A DNA stretch of 38,939 nt, taken from Solirubrobacterales bacterium. GTDB lineage: Bacteria > Actinomycetota > Thermoleophilia > Solirubrobacterales > 70-9. Position 1 is the first letter of the stretch. Each line of letters begins with the position of its first letter. A program made the position numbers and the translations under genes. The notes beneath the pieces were generated by a model. That model did not search any database. It saw only the letters and a program-made list of their open reading frames with translations, and was not told the origin of the DNA. Below, piece after piece: positions 17,314 to 25,718 of this stretch. The stretch lies in assembly GCA_036406355.1 (NCBI GenBank), contig DASXBC010000046.1, positions 1-38,939 of the forward strand. The letters run 5' to 3'.

Positions 17314-18795
17314 TCAGGCGGTGCGGCCGGCGAGCAGCTCTCCGCCCGGGCTCGCCTCCGCCTCGGCGACCTCGACCGGCACCGCGGCAGGTTTGCGGAC
17401 GGTTCGAATCACGAGCGCGCCCACCAGGACACCGAGCGCGGTGACCCCCGCCGAGACGCCCATCGCCGTCGACAGCGCGTCGACGAATTCCTGGGGCGTC
17501 GCCGAGGCGAAGTCGGCTCCGACCGCGCTCTGGAAGATCGCACCGGTGACGGCGACGCCGAGGCTGCCGCCGACCATCCGGAACATCGAGAGCACGCCGG
17601 AGGCGACCCCGGCTTTCTGGACCGGGACCGCGTTCATCGCGGCGCTCGTCATCGGCGACATCGTCATCGCGATGCCGATGCCGAGCAGGACGAACCCGGG
17701 CAGCAGGTCGGTGTAGGTCGAGTCGACCGCGATCCTGGTGAAGCTCAGCAGCGAGGCCGTCAGCAGGGTCAGTCCGCCGACGATCAGCCAGCGCGGGCCG
17801 AAGCGGTCGGCGAGGCGACCCGAGATCGGCGCCACGGCGACGATCATCAGCGTCGAGGGCAGGAACCTCACGCCTGCCTGAAGGGGCGAGTAATGGAGGA
17901 TGTTCTGCATGTAGAGGGCGAGGAAGAAGAAGACGCCCATCATCGCGAAGGTGATGATCAGCGCGACGATCGAGGCACCGAGGTAGTTGCGGTGGGAGAG
18001 CAGCTCGAACTGGACCATCGGGGCCCTGACGCGCTGCTCGACGAAGACGAAGGATGCGAGACCGACGATCGAGAGGGCCAGCAGGCCGACGACCTGGGCG
18101 GAGCCCCAGCCCCAGCTGTTGCCCTCGACGAGAGCAAGGACCAGCGCCGTCAGGCCCGTCGTCAGCGTCGCGACGCCGAGGTAGTCGACATCCCTGCCGA
18201 CGCTCGTGTCGCGCGACTCGCGGACCGCGAACACGGTGGCCGCGACGGCGCCGATCGCGACCGGGATGTTGAGGTAGAAGATCGCCCGCCAGGTGACGTG
18301 CTCGGTCAGGAGCCCGCCGAGCACGGGCCCGACGGCGAGAGCCAGTGCGGAGACCCCGGCCCAGGTGCCCATCGCCTTGCCGCGCTCGTGCGGCGGGAAT
18401 GCATTGGTGATGATCGACAGGGTGCCCGGCATCATCAGCCCCGCTCCGATGCCCTGGATGATGCGGCTGACGACGAGCGCGGTCTGATCGGGCGCGAGGC
18501 CGGCGGTCGCCGAGGAGAGGGCGAAGATGACGACGCCGATCAGAAAGACGAGCCGGCGGCCGAAGATGTCGCCGAGGCGCCCACCGGTGGCGAGGACGAC
18601 GGCGAAGGAGAGGGTGTAGCCGCTGGTCGTCCACTCGAGGGCGGAGATCGAGGCGTGAAGGTCTTTCTGGATCGACGGCAGCGCGACGTTGACGACCGTG
18701 TTGTCGAGCATGATCATGAACAGCGCGAAGCACATCGCTCCGAGCGTCCACCACTTGCGGTTGTCGTCGGTGATCAGGTGGCGGTATCGGGTCAT
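17314..18795 (-). CDS. MFS transporter, DHA2 (EmrB/QacA, 14-TMS) type
   Basis: 493-aa ORF, hydrophobic throughout, with MFS motif A-like GRLGDIFGRR. Its ATG overlaps the marR stop (ATGA at 18792-18795). Confidence 0.9.
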   Translation of the reverse strand: MTRYRHLITDDNRKWWTLGAMCFALFMIMLDNTVVNVALPSIQKDLHASISALEWTTSGYTLSFAVVLATGGRLGDIFGRRLVFLIGVVIFALSSATAGLAPDQTALVVSRIIQGIGAGLMMPGTLSIITNAFPPHERGKAMGTWAGVSALALAVGPVLGGLLTEHVTWRAIFYLNIPVAIGAVAATVFAVRESRDTSVGRDVDYLGVATLTTGLTALVLALVEGNSWGWGSAQVVGLLALSIVGLASFVFVEQRVRAPMVQFELLSHRNYLGASIVALIITFAMMGVFFFLALYMQNILHYSPLQAGVRFLPSTLMIVAVAPISGRLADRFGPRWLIVGGLTLLTASLLSFTRIAVDSTYTDLLPGFVLLGIGIAMTMSPMTSAAMNAVPVQKAGVASGVLSMFRMVGGSLGVAVTGAIFQSAVGADFASATPQEFVDALSTAMGVSAGVTALGVLVGALVIRTVRKPAAVPVEVAEAEASPGGELLAGRTA

Positions 18796-19337
18796 CGAGT
18801 GGAGTCCTTTCCTTTCAAGATCTCGTAGGCCGCGGCGATGTCCTCGCGATCCATCAGCGAGTCGACGGCGGCGTCCAGCTTGCGTCGCTGGGCCGGGGTG
18901 AGGCCGGCGGCGAACGTCTCCATCCCCGCCTGGCGGATCACGACCAGGGTGTTGACGAGGTCCCTGCCCCGGCTCGTGATCGCGACTCGCCGGACGCGGC
19001 GATCCTCACTGTCCTCGACCCGGGTCGCGAGCCGTTTCTTGACGAGGCCGTCGACGGCGCGGCTCATCGACGGGACCGAGACGCCGAAGGTCTCTGCCAG
19101 GTCGGATACCTGGCGCGGCTCGGCTCCCTCGCCGAGGCCGCCGATCTCCAGCAGCGCCTTGGTCTGGGTCATCGAGAGGCCGCTCTCCTCGAGAACGCTG
19201 AGCATGTTGCCGCGGTCAAAGAGGAAGACGTGGCGCAGGAACGCGCTGAGACGTGCGGCCGTCTCCTGTGCCTCTGCGCTGATCGCCCGCGGGGCCTCTA
19301 TTTCGTCGACGATCGTCTTCACGTCTGTCGCTTGCAT
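18792..19337 (-). CDS. MarR family transcriptional regulator
   Basis: Track ORF 18792..19361 trimmed to the ATG at 19337 (MQATDVK). Winged-helix block present: LSMTQTKALLEI...VSDLAETFGVSVPSMSRAVDGLVKKRLATR. Confidence 0.85.
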   Translation of the reverse strand: MQATDVKTIVDEIEAPRAISAEAQETAARLSAFLRHVFLFDRGNMLSVLEESGLSMTQTKALLEIGGLGEGAEPRQVSDLAETFGVSVPSMSRAVDGLVKKRLATRVEDSEDRRVRRVAITSRGRDLVNTLVVIRQAGMETFAAGLTPAQRRKLDAAVDSLMDREDIAAAYEILKGKDSTR

Positions 19338-19342
19338 ATTGG

Positions 19343-19385
19343 AATAGTTGCAGACGCGCAACTATTTCTCTATCGCAATAGTTGC
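19343..19385. promoter_or_regulatory. Candidate MarR operator: AATAGTTGC-N6-GCAACTATT plus a third AATAGTTGC half-site
   Basis: Perfect 9-bp inverted repeat (19343-19351 and 19358-19366), then a direct copy of the left arm at 19377-19385. It starts 6 nt upstream of the marR ATG, in the marR/bioA divergent region. Confidence 0.65.
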
Positions 19386-19443
19386 TTGTGTGATGCATAT
19401 CACCCGCGGGGTTGCCGCCGGTCCCGGATCTACTCTCACCGCA

Positions 19444-20775
19444 ATGTCCGCGGTGGACCACTCGCAACTGGACCGCGACCACCTCTGGCATCCATTCACC
19501 CAGCAGCAGGGGTGGTGCGAGGAGGAGCCGCTCGCGATCGCCCGCGCCAAGGGCTGGCAGCTGATCGACACCGGGGGCCGCCACTACATCGACGGCGTCT
19601 CCTCGCTGTGGTGCAACGTCCACGGCCACCGCCATCCGGAAATCGACCAGGCGGTCCGCGACCAGCTTGACCGGGTGGCCCACTCGACGCTGCTCGGCCT
19701 CACCCATCCGGGCGCCGCCGAGCTGGCGGCGAAGCTGGTCGAGATCGCGCCGCCGGGCCTGAGCCGGGTCTTCTACTCGGACTCGGGCTCGACCGCGACC
19801 GAGATCGCGCTGAAGATGGCCTTCCAGTTCCAGCAACAGCGGGGCGGCCAGCACACCCGGCGGACCTCGTTCGTCCACCTTCGCGACGCCTACCACGGCG
19901 ACACGATCGGGTCGGTCTCGGTCGGCGGCATCGACCTCTTCCACGCGACCTACAGGCCGCTGCTGTTCGACGCGCACGCGGTCGAGCCCGGCGACGCGGC
20001 GGACCTCGAGCGCGCCCTGGCCGCCAACGAGGAAGAGATCGCGGCGGTGATCGTCGAGCCGCTCGTCCAGGGCGCGGCCGGGATGATCGTCCACCCACCG
20101 GGCTACCTGCGAGCGGTCCGCGAGCTCTGCGACCGCTTCGGCGTCCTGCTGATCTGCGACGAGGTCGCGACCGGGTTCGGCCGAACCGGCACGATGTTCG
20201 CCTGCGAGCAGGAGGGCGTCTCCCCGGACCTGCTCTGCGTCGCCAAGGGCCTGACCGGTGGATACCTGCCGCTGGCGGCGACGCTGACCACCGAGCGGAT
20301 CTACGAGGGGTTCCTGGGCACGCCCGAGGAGCAGCGCACCTTCTTCCACGGCCACACCTACACCGGCAATCCGCTCGCCTGTGCCGCCGCCCTCGCCAAC
20401 CTCGAGACCTTCGAGCGCGAGCGGACCCTCGCCCGCCTGCAGCCGAAGATCCGCCTCCTCGACGAGCTGCTGGCCGATCTGGCCGGGCTGCCCGGCGTGG
20501 TCGAGGTCCGGAGCCGCGGGATGATGGTGGGGATCGACCTCGGCGCGCACGATCCCACGCGCCGGATCGGGCACCGGGTGACGCTCGAGGCCCGTCGGCG
20601 GGGGGCGATCATCCGCCCGCTGGGCGACGTGGTCGTCCTGATGCCGCCGCTGTCGATCTCGGAGGGCGACCTGCGCCGCCTGGTCGAGATCACCTCCGAG
20701 GCGATCGCCGCCGCGCTCGAGGCGCCGGCGTCGCGACCCGTGGCACCCCCCGAGGATCTTCCGCGCGCCGCCTGA
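19444..20775 (+). CDS. bioA: Adenosylmethionine-8-amino-7-oxononanoate aminotransferase
   Basis: Track ORF 19348..20775 trimmed to the ATG at 19444 ([20 protein letters not shown]). Class-III aminotransferase blocks present: [28 protein letters not shown], and [11 protein letters not shown] with the PLP lysine. Confidence 0.9.
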   Translation: MSAVDHSQLDRDHLWHPFTQQQGWCEEEPLAIARAKGWQLIDTGGRHYIDGVSSLWCNVHGHRHPEIDQAVRDQLDRVAHSTLLGLTHPGAAELAAKLVEIAPPGLSRVFYSDSGSTATEIALKMAFQFQQQRGGQHTRRTSFVHLRDAYHGDTIGSVSVGGIDLFHATYRPLLFDAHAVEPGDAADLERALAANEEEIAAVIVEPLVQGAAGMIVHPPGYLRAVRELCDRFGVLLICDEVATGFGRTGTMFACEQEGVSPDLLCVAKGLTGGYLPLAATLTTERIYEGFLGTPEEQRTFFHGHTYTGNPLACAAALANLETFERERTLARLQPKIRLLDELLADLAGLPGVVEVRSRGMMVGIDLGAHDPTRRIGHRVTLEARRRGAIIRPLGDVVVLMPPLSISEGDLRRLVEITSEAIAAALEAPASRPVAPPEDLPRAA

Positions 20776-21564
20776 CTACTGACGGGGAATGACCGAGAGC
20801 AGGTGGATCGAGTAGCTCTCGTGGTAGTCGGCGTCGATCGTGCCGCTCATGTGGGCGTCGCTGCTGCTCACCCGTTTCAGCAGCAGGCCGTCGGAGCGGC
20901 GGCGCCAATCTTCGCGCTTCGCGGTGCCGCTCACATGGCCCTCGAGTTTGACCTGGGAGGAGGTGTGAACGGCGTCGAAGGGCTGGCCGCCGACGTCGAT
21001 CTTTTCGATCGCGTCGACGAGCGTGCTGCTGGTGGCTGTATCGCCTTCGTCCGATTCGCAGCGGCCCTGGAAGGTCTTCCCGACCTGGCGGGCTGAGCGC
21101 TTTGAGGCCGGGTCGCCGGTGCAGGTGTAGGTCGACCTGCGGTTTTCGCCGAAGAATTCGTGGTATTCGACGAGGCCGGTCAGTTCGAAGAAGTCGCCGC
21201 CCTTCGTCGGGCACGAGGTGAATTCCGACCAGCGACCGCCGAGAACCTCCCAGCGTTCGACCACCCCGCAGCCTTTCGGGCTGATCGTGATCGTCGAGAT
21301 CCCGTCGTAGTCGTGGGTGGCGCTGATCAGGCCGGTGTCGGCGCTCTCGCTGCCGCTGGTCCTGTAGCGGTAGACACCGGGTTCGCGTTCGAACAGGGCC
21401 CCTTCCCCTCCTCCCTTGCCGCCGCCTTCGGCGCGGAATTGGTTGACCGCTTCGCCGACGCTGACGTGGGTCGTGTTGTCGCGCGGGAACAGCCGCCAAG
21501 CCAGGAAGGCGACGACCACAATGCATGCGGCCACTACCAGCGCAATCGTGCGTCCCCGCGACAC
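20776..21564 (-). CDS. Hypothetical membrane-anchored extracytoplasmic protein
   Basis: 262-aa ORF with a GTG start. It has one N-terminal TM or signal-anchor (TIALVVAACIVVVAFLAW) followed by a Cys-containing, beta-strand-rich-looking soluble region. I recognise no domain. Its stop abuts the bioA stop with 0-nt spacing. Confidence 0.55.
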   Translation of the reverse strand: MSRGRTIALVVAACIVVVAFLAWRLFPRDNTTHVSVGEAVNQFRAEGGGKGGGEGALFEREPGVYRYRTSGSESADTGLISATHDYDGISTITISPKGCGVVERWEVLGGRWSEFTSCPTKGGDFFELTGLVEYHEFFGENRRSTYTCTGDPASKRSARQVGKTFQGRCESDEGDTATSSTLVDAIEKIDVGGQPFDAVHTSSQVKLEGHVSGTAKREDWRRRSDGLLLKRVSSSDAHMSGTIDADYHESYSIHLLSVIPRQ

Positions 21565-21630
21565 CGTCCCGGACTAAAACAGATGCGACACCGATCTGTG
21601 TTAGCGATGGATGAAAGGTAGGGTGAGGCG

Positions 21631-22272
21631 GTGACGCCTCGAATCCGCGGGCCGGCCGAGAGGGCCAACCTCGGAGAGCCCTCCACCCCGCGCCCCGCCG
21701 CATCCGTCGTTCTGGTTCGCGGCGGCGGCAGGCACTCCGACAGCGGTCTCGAGGTCCTCCTGCTGAAGCGGACCGAGAAGGCGCAATTCATGCCCGGCGT
21801 CTGGGTGTTCCCGGGAGGCGCGGTCGATCCCGGGGACGGCGAGGGCGAGGCCGGACACCGCGCCTGCGCCGTTCGCGAGCTGGCCGAGGAGGCGGCGATC
21901 GTCCTGGCCGACGGCGCCGAGCTGGTGCTTTTCTCGCGCTGGATCACGCCGGAGGTCGTGTCGCGCCGCTTCGATGCCTGGTTCTTCCTCGCCCTCGCCC
22001 CGGCCCACACGCCGCCCCAGCCGGACGGCGTCGAGACCACCGAGGCCGGCTGGTTCGCCCCCTCCGCCGCGATCGAGGCACAGGCCGCGGGTGAGATGGC
22101 GCTGGCGTTCCCGACGCTCGCACAGCTCCGGTCCCTGACCTCGTTCGGGACCGCGGCGGAGGCGATCGACGCCCACCGCGACCGCAGCGTCGAGCCAGTC
22201 CTGCCGAAGGTGATCGGCAGTGATGAGGAGCACCGGGTGGTGCTCCCCGGGGATCCTGACTATCCGAGCTGA
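21631..22272 (+). CDS. NUDIX hydrolase
   Basis: 213-aa ORF with a GTG start and a Nudix box-like GGAVDPGDGEGEAGHRACAVRELAEEAAI. Confidence 0.8.
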   Translation: MTPRIRGPAERANLGEPSTPRPAASVVLVRGGGRHSDSGLEVLLLKRTEKAQFMPGVWVFPGGAVDPGDGEGEAGHRACAVRELAEEAAIVLADGAELVLFSRWITPEVVSRRFDAWFFLALAPAHTPPQPDGVETTEAGWFAPSAAIEAQAAGEMALAFPTLAQLRSLTSFGTAAEAIDAHRDRSVEPVLPKVIGSDEEHRVVLPGDPDYPS

Positions 22273-22961
22273 GCGACCTCGGCCAGGCCGGCCGTCTCGG
22301 CCCGGGCCGGGACGCCCCTGACGGTCGTGCCGGGACCGACGTCGGCGGTGACGACCGCGCCCGCCCCGACGACGGCGCCCTCGCCGACCTCGACGCCGGG
22401 CATGATCTTGGCGCCGGCGCCGACCTGGCAGCCGCGCCGCAGCATCGGCGGCGGCCTGCGCTCGGAGCCGTTCATCGTCCGCCCGGTGAGGAGCTGGACG
22501 CCCGGGCCGAGGAAACAGTCCTCCTCGATTACCGCGCCGGGGCCGACGACGCACTGGTTCTGCATCCGGGTGCGATCGCCGATGCGCACGTCGCGGGCGA
22601 TTCCGCATTGCGATCCCACCACGGCGTCGACACCGAGCTCGACGCCGTCGCGGATGATGCAGAGGTCACCGAGAAGCGAGTGGCGCCCCAGCGTCGCTCC
22701 CGCATTGATCAGAGAGTGGGCGCCGATCGAGGCATGGGCCCCGATCAAGGTCGGGCCTCCGCCTGGCGCCGAGCTCCGGGAACGGCGGTTCGGGGCCGTG
22801 ATCCGGCCGAGGACGGCGCCGGTGTCGATCCGAGCGCCCTGCTCGAGTCTGACCGCGTCGTGGATGACGACGTTGGCGCCGATCTCGACTCCGTCGGCGA
22901 TCTCGACCTCGCCCCCGACGAGCAGATTCGGCGCCAGATCGGAGGGGCTCAACGAGGCCAA
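22260..22961 (-). CDS. Left-handed beta-helix (hexapeptide repeat) acyl/acetyltransferase
   Basis: Hexapeptide repeats throughout ([LIV]G-x4 periodicity, e.g. IADGVEIGANVVIHDAVRLEQGARIDTGAVLG). Start is uncertain: the track start at 23078 would overlap the divergent GT4 gene by 80 nt, so I prefer the TTG at 22961 or 22952. Confidence 0.7.
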   Translation of the reverse strand: MASLSPSDLAPNLLVGGEVEIADGVEIGANVVIHDAVRLEQGARIDTGAVLGRITAPNRRSRSSAPGGGPTLIGAHASIGAHSLINAGATLGRHSLLGDLCIIRDGVELGVDAVVGSQCGIARDVRIGDRTRMQNQCVVGPGAVIEEDCFLGPGVQLLTGRTMNGSERRPPPMLRRGCQVGAGAKIMPGVEVGEGAVVGAGAVVTADVGPGTTVRGVPARAETAGLAEVAQLG

Positions 22962-22997
22962 GGCCGGGAGTATCCCAAGCTTGCGAGTATCCGGCCG

Positions 22998-24152
22998 ATG
23001 AGCTCGCTCGGGGTGGAGAGGGTCTGCTGTCTGCTGCACAACCTCGAGCACGGCGGCTCCGCCCGCCAGTGGGTGCACCTCTTAGGACGCCACGTCGAGA
23101 CCGGCGGGACGGCCGCGATCCTCGCGCCCGACGGTCCTCTGGCCGAGCAGGCGCGGAGCGCCGGGATCGAGGTGATCCCGACCGTGTGGAGGGAGGAAGA
23201 GGCCTCGCGATGGCGGGGTGTGACCGGCGCCGCGCTCGACAGCGATGCCGCGGTGGTCCACTGGGACCACGAGGTCATGGGCGGCTTCGGGCCCGCGCTC
23301 GAAGCTTCGGGGCTCGCCGCGCTTTCGATCCACCAGGCACCGGAAGCGCTCGCCCGCTGGTTCGGGCGGGAGATCCTCGCCGGGGCCCGGGCGCCGATCG
23401 ACCACGCCCTTCGCGAGCCCGGGGCGGTTGTCCTGGTTCGCGGCGAGGGGCATCGGCGACGTTTCGCGGCGGCGGCGGCGCTGATGGTCCCTCCCGATCG
23501 CCTTCGCGTCCTTCCGGCCTCGATTCCGATGCCGCCGGGACGGTTCACCCCCCGGCTCGGGGAGCCGCGCGAGATACTCGCCCTGGCCAGGCTCTCGCCC
23601 GACAAGGGGGCGATCCAGCGGTTGGCGATCGATCTGACGAGGGCGCGGCTCGAGGCCGGCCGCCCGGCAGCGCTGAGGATCGCCGGAAATGGCCCCTGCC
23701 GGGACGACGTCGTCGCGCTCTGCGAACGAGCTCTACCGCGGGGGAGCTGGGCGATCGAGGACGGCCCCGCCGACGCGATCGCCCGCCTCGCCGCCGCGGA
23801 CGTGGTCGTCGCCCAGGGCCTGACCACGCTCGAGGCCGCTGCCCTCGGCCGCCGCGTCGTCGTCGCGCGCAGCGCCGGCGGGGGCGCGGCCGGCGCCGTC
23901 CTTCGCCCCCGCCGCTACGAGGAGGCGGCGAAGGACCCGTTCGGCGAGCCCGAGCTGACGACCGACGCCGGCCGGCTCTGGGAGGAGGTCCTTGCCGTCG
24001 ATGAGGGCGAGCTGCGGGAGCTCCGCCGCCTCGTCGAGCTCGACAACGGACTCGACGCCGCCGCTACGGCGCTGCGAGACGCGTTCGCGGAGACCCCGCG
24101 GCGGCGGGGAGCTCGGCGGGCGCTCCGCAACCGCCTCGCGCGGGTCCGCTAG
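22998..24152 (+). CDS. Glycosyltransferase family 4/1 (GT-B) protein
   Basis: C-terminal 384 aa of track ORF 22608..24152, from the ATG at 22998 (MSSLGVERVCCLLHNLEHGGSARQW). The GT-B C-terminal region (VVVAQGLTTLEAAALGRRVVVAR) is E-x7-E-like. Confidence 0.65.
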   Translation: MSSLGVERVCCLLHNLEHGGSARQWVHLLGRHVETGGTAAILAPDGPLAEQARSAGIEVIPTVWREEEASRWRGVTGAALDSDAAVVHWDHEVMGGFGPALEASGLAALSIHQAPEALARWFGREILAGARAPIDHALREPGAVVLVRGEGHRRRFAAAAALMVPPDRLRVLPASIPMPPGRFTPRLGEPREILALARLSPDKGAIQRLAIDLTRARLEAGRPAALRIAGNGPCRDDVVALCERALPRGSWAIEDGPADAIARLAAADVVVAQGLTTLEAAALGRRVVVARSAGGGAAGAVLRPRRYEEAAKDPFGEPELTTDAGRLWEEVLAVDEGELRELRRLVELDNGLDAAATALRDAFAETPRRRGARRALRNRLARVR

Positions 24153-24820
24153 CCGTCGGGGAACGGCGCCAGGCCCGCGTGCCAGGGGCCGGGCGGGTAG
24201 GTGTGGATCCCGCTCTCGTCCATCTCACCCTGGAGGCGCCTGAACAGCTGCCCGGCGTTCTTCAACGCCTCCTTCAACTCGGCCTCGGAGCGCTCGCGCA
24301 GGCGCCACATGAACCACAGCTGGCGGTCGTTGACCCCGAAGTCGATCTCGCCGGTCATCGTCGTCGCCCAGGCCAGGAACCCGGGTCCGAACAGCTCCCG
24401 CAGGGCCACCGGGTCGTACTCCTTGGGGACGGTCGCCAGATACCGCTTGTTGAAGTCGAGCGACTCGAACTCGACCTTCCGGGTGAAGCGCTGGGTGACG
24501 ATCTCGTGGCCCTCGATCGACTCGACGTTGAAGGCCGGGACCACCCTTGCGAGGTCCGGCACGTGCGCCTTGGCGAGGATCGCGCCCGGGAGCACCGCCT
24601 TGCTGAAGAGCCCGCCCGCCTCGTGCTCGTCGGCATCGCAGGAGGAGCCCCAGAATTCTTCCGTCAGCTGCCCCGTGAGGCGGTTCGTCCCGCCGACGCA
24701 GAGCGCGACCGGGCCGTCCTTGGGGTTGATGCCGCCGATCGGCTCGTAGGTGACTCCGTTGCGCTCCCCGTAGCGGCTGACGATCGCCGCCCATTCCTCC
24801 GCTTCGCCGCCGGCGCTCAT
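24149..24820 (-). CDS. DUF3137-like protein (soluble, no TM segment)
   Basis: 223-aa ORF. The block VEFESLDFNKRYLATVPKEYDPVALRELFGPGFLAWA resembles, from memory, the conserved DUF3137 core (LES.eF...F.V...d...AryllTP.f). It is divergent from LemA, a frequent DUF3137 neighbour. Confidence 0.5.
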   Translation of the reverse strand: MSAGGEAEEWAAIVSRYGERNGVTYEPIGGINPKDGPVALCVGGTNRLTGQLTEEFWGSSCDADEHEAGGLFSKAVLPGAILAKAHVPDLARVVPAFNVESIEGHEIVTQRFTRKVEFESLDFNKRYLATVPKEYDPVALRELFGPGFLAWATTMTGEIDFGVNDRQLWFMWRLRERSEAELKEALKNAGQLFRRLQGEMDESGIHTYPPGPWHAGLAPFPDG

Positions 24821-24910
24821 GGGTCCGGGATCCTATTTCCGACGGCTCGCTTGCCGCCGGGCGGGCAGGAAGTAGGATTGGGCCATGAGACCGAAGCGGG
24901 AGGGTTCGTA

Positions 24911-25471
24911 ATGGTCATCGCCATCATCGTGATCGTCGCGATCATCGTCATCGCGGTCCTCTACTACATCGGGAAGCGCAACTCGATAATCGCCGGCCGC
25001 AACCGGGTCGACGAGTCGTGGAGCGGCATCGACGTCCAGCTGAAGCGCCGCCATGACCTGGTCCCCAACCTTGTCGAGACGGTCAAAGGCTATGCCTCGC
25101 ACGAGAGCGAGGTCTTCGAGAAAGCGACCAAAGCTCGGGCCGAGGCTATGTCGGCTCAGGGCGTCGGCGACACCGCCAAAGCCGAGAACCAGCTGACCGG
25201 GGCGCTGACCGACCTCCGCGCGGTGGCCGAGAACTACCCGACGCTGCGGGCGACCGAGAATTTCCAGCAGCTCAGCCGCAATCTCTCCGAGCTCGAGGAC
25301 GAAATCCAGGCGTCGCGCAGGATCTACAACTCCAATGTGCAGTCCTACAACACCTCGATCCAGCAGTTCCCGGGGTCGATCATCGCCAACCAGGGCGGCT
25401 TCACACAGCGCGAGTACTTCGAGATCGACGAGGCCGATCGCGAGCCGGTCTCGGTCAGTTTCGACAGCTGA
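24911..25471 (+). CDS. lemA: LemA family protein
   Basis: C-terminal 186 aa of track ORF 24179..25471, from the ATG at 24911 (GGGAGGG upstream). N-terminal TM helix VIAIIVIVAIIVIAVLYYI, then LemA blocks (RNRVDESWSGIDVQLKRRHDLVPNLVETVKGYA, YNTSIQQFPGSIIA). Confidence 0.9.
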   Translation: MVIAIIVIVAIIVIAVLYYIGKRNSIIAGRNRVDESWSGIDVQLKRRHDLVPNLVETVKGYASHESEVFEKATKARAEAMSAQGVGDTAKAENQLTGALTDLRAVAENYPTLRATENFQQLSRNLSELEDEIQASRRIYNSNVQSYNTSIQQFPGSIIANQGGFTQREYFEIDEADREPVSVSFDS

Positions 25472-25489
25472 TTTCCGTAAGCTGTAGGC

Positions 25490-25681
25490 ATGACGGCGAC
25501 GACTGAAGCGACCCTCTGGATCTGCGAAAGCTGCGGCTTCATCTACGACCCAGAGTACGGCGATCCGGACGGCGGAATCCCGCCCGGCACCCCGTTCGAA
25601 GAGATTCCCAAGGACTGGTTCTGCCCGGTGTGCGGCGCCCGCACCAGCGACTTCCGCCCGTTGGAGCCCGGAGAGGCTTAG
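25490..25681 (+). CDS. Rubredoxin
   Basis: 63-aa ORF with two CxxC knuckles in the canonical context ([41 protein letters not shown]). Confidence 0.9.
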   Translation: MTATTEATLWICESCGFIYDPEYGDPDGGIPPGTPFEEIPKDWFCPVCGARTSDFRPLEPGEA

Positions 25682-25718
25682 AAGCACCGCACGCCCGCCC
25701 GGAGCGGACGCGAGAGCC

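Noticed and set aside
17306-18828. ORFs 17306..18754 (-) and 17893..18828 (+) inside the MFS gene
   Set aside because: Frame 17314..18795 gives a 14-helix hydrophobic MFS protein. The others are charged low-complexity shadow frames.
19390-19403. GTGAT-GCAT-ATCAC inverted repeat containing TGCATATC, 44 nt upstream of bioA; considered as a possible fourth copy of the conserved element or a biotin operator
   Set aside because: Only the 8-mer TGCATATC is shared with the leader element, and the flanks do not align. CATATC alone is expected several times by chance in 2 x 39 kb. No similar site precedes bioB. I keep it only as a weak 5-bp inverted repeat.
19216-20574. 452-aa minus-strand ORF antisense to bioA
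   Set aside because: bioA is recognisable on the plus strand. The antisense frame has no motif and spans the marR/bioA intergenic region, which is implausible for a real gene.
20690-22608. ORFs 20690..21703 (-) and 21601..22608 (-), each over 330 aa
   Set aside because: They run across gene boundaries (hypothetical/NUDIX/acyltransferase) and are extremely Arg/Pro/Gly-rich. The alternative calls have clean domain signatures.
24179-24910. 244-codon N-terminal extension of the LemA ORF (track 24179..25471)
   Set aside because: It is antisense to the DUF3137-like gene. LemA homology starts at the TM helix right after the ATG at 24911, which has a GGGAGGG Shine-Dalgarno.
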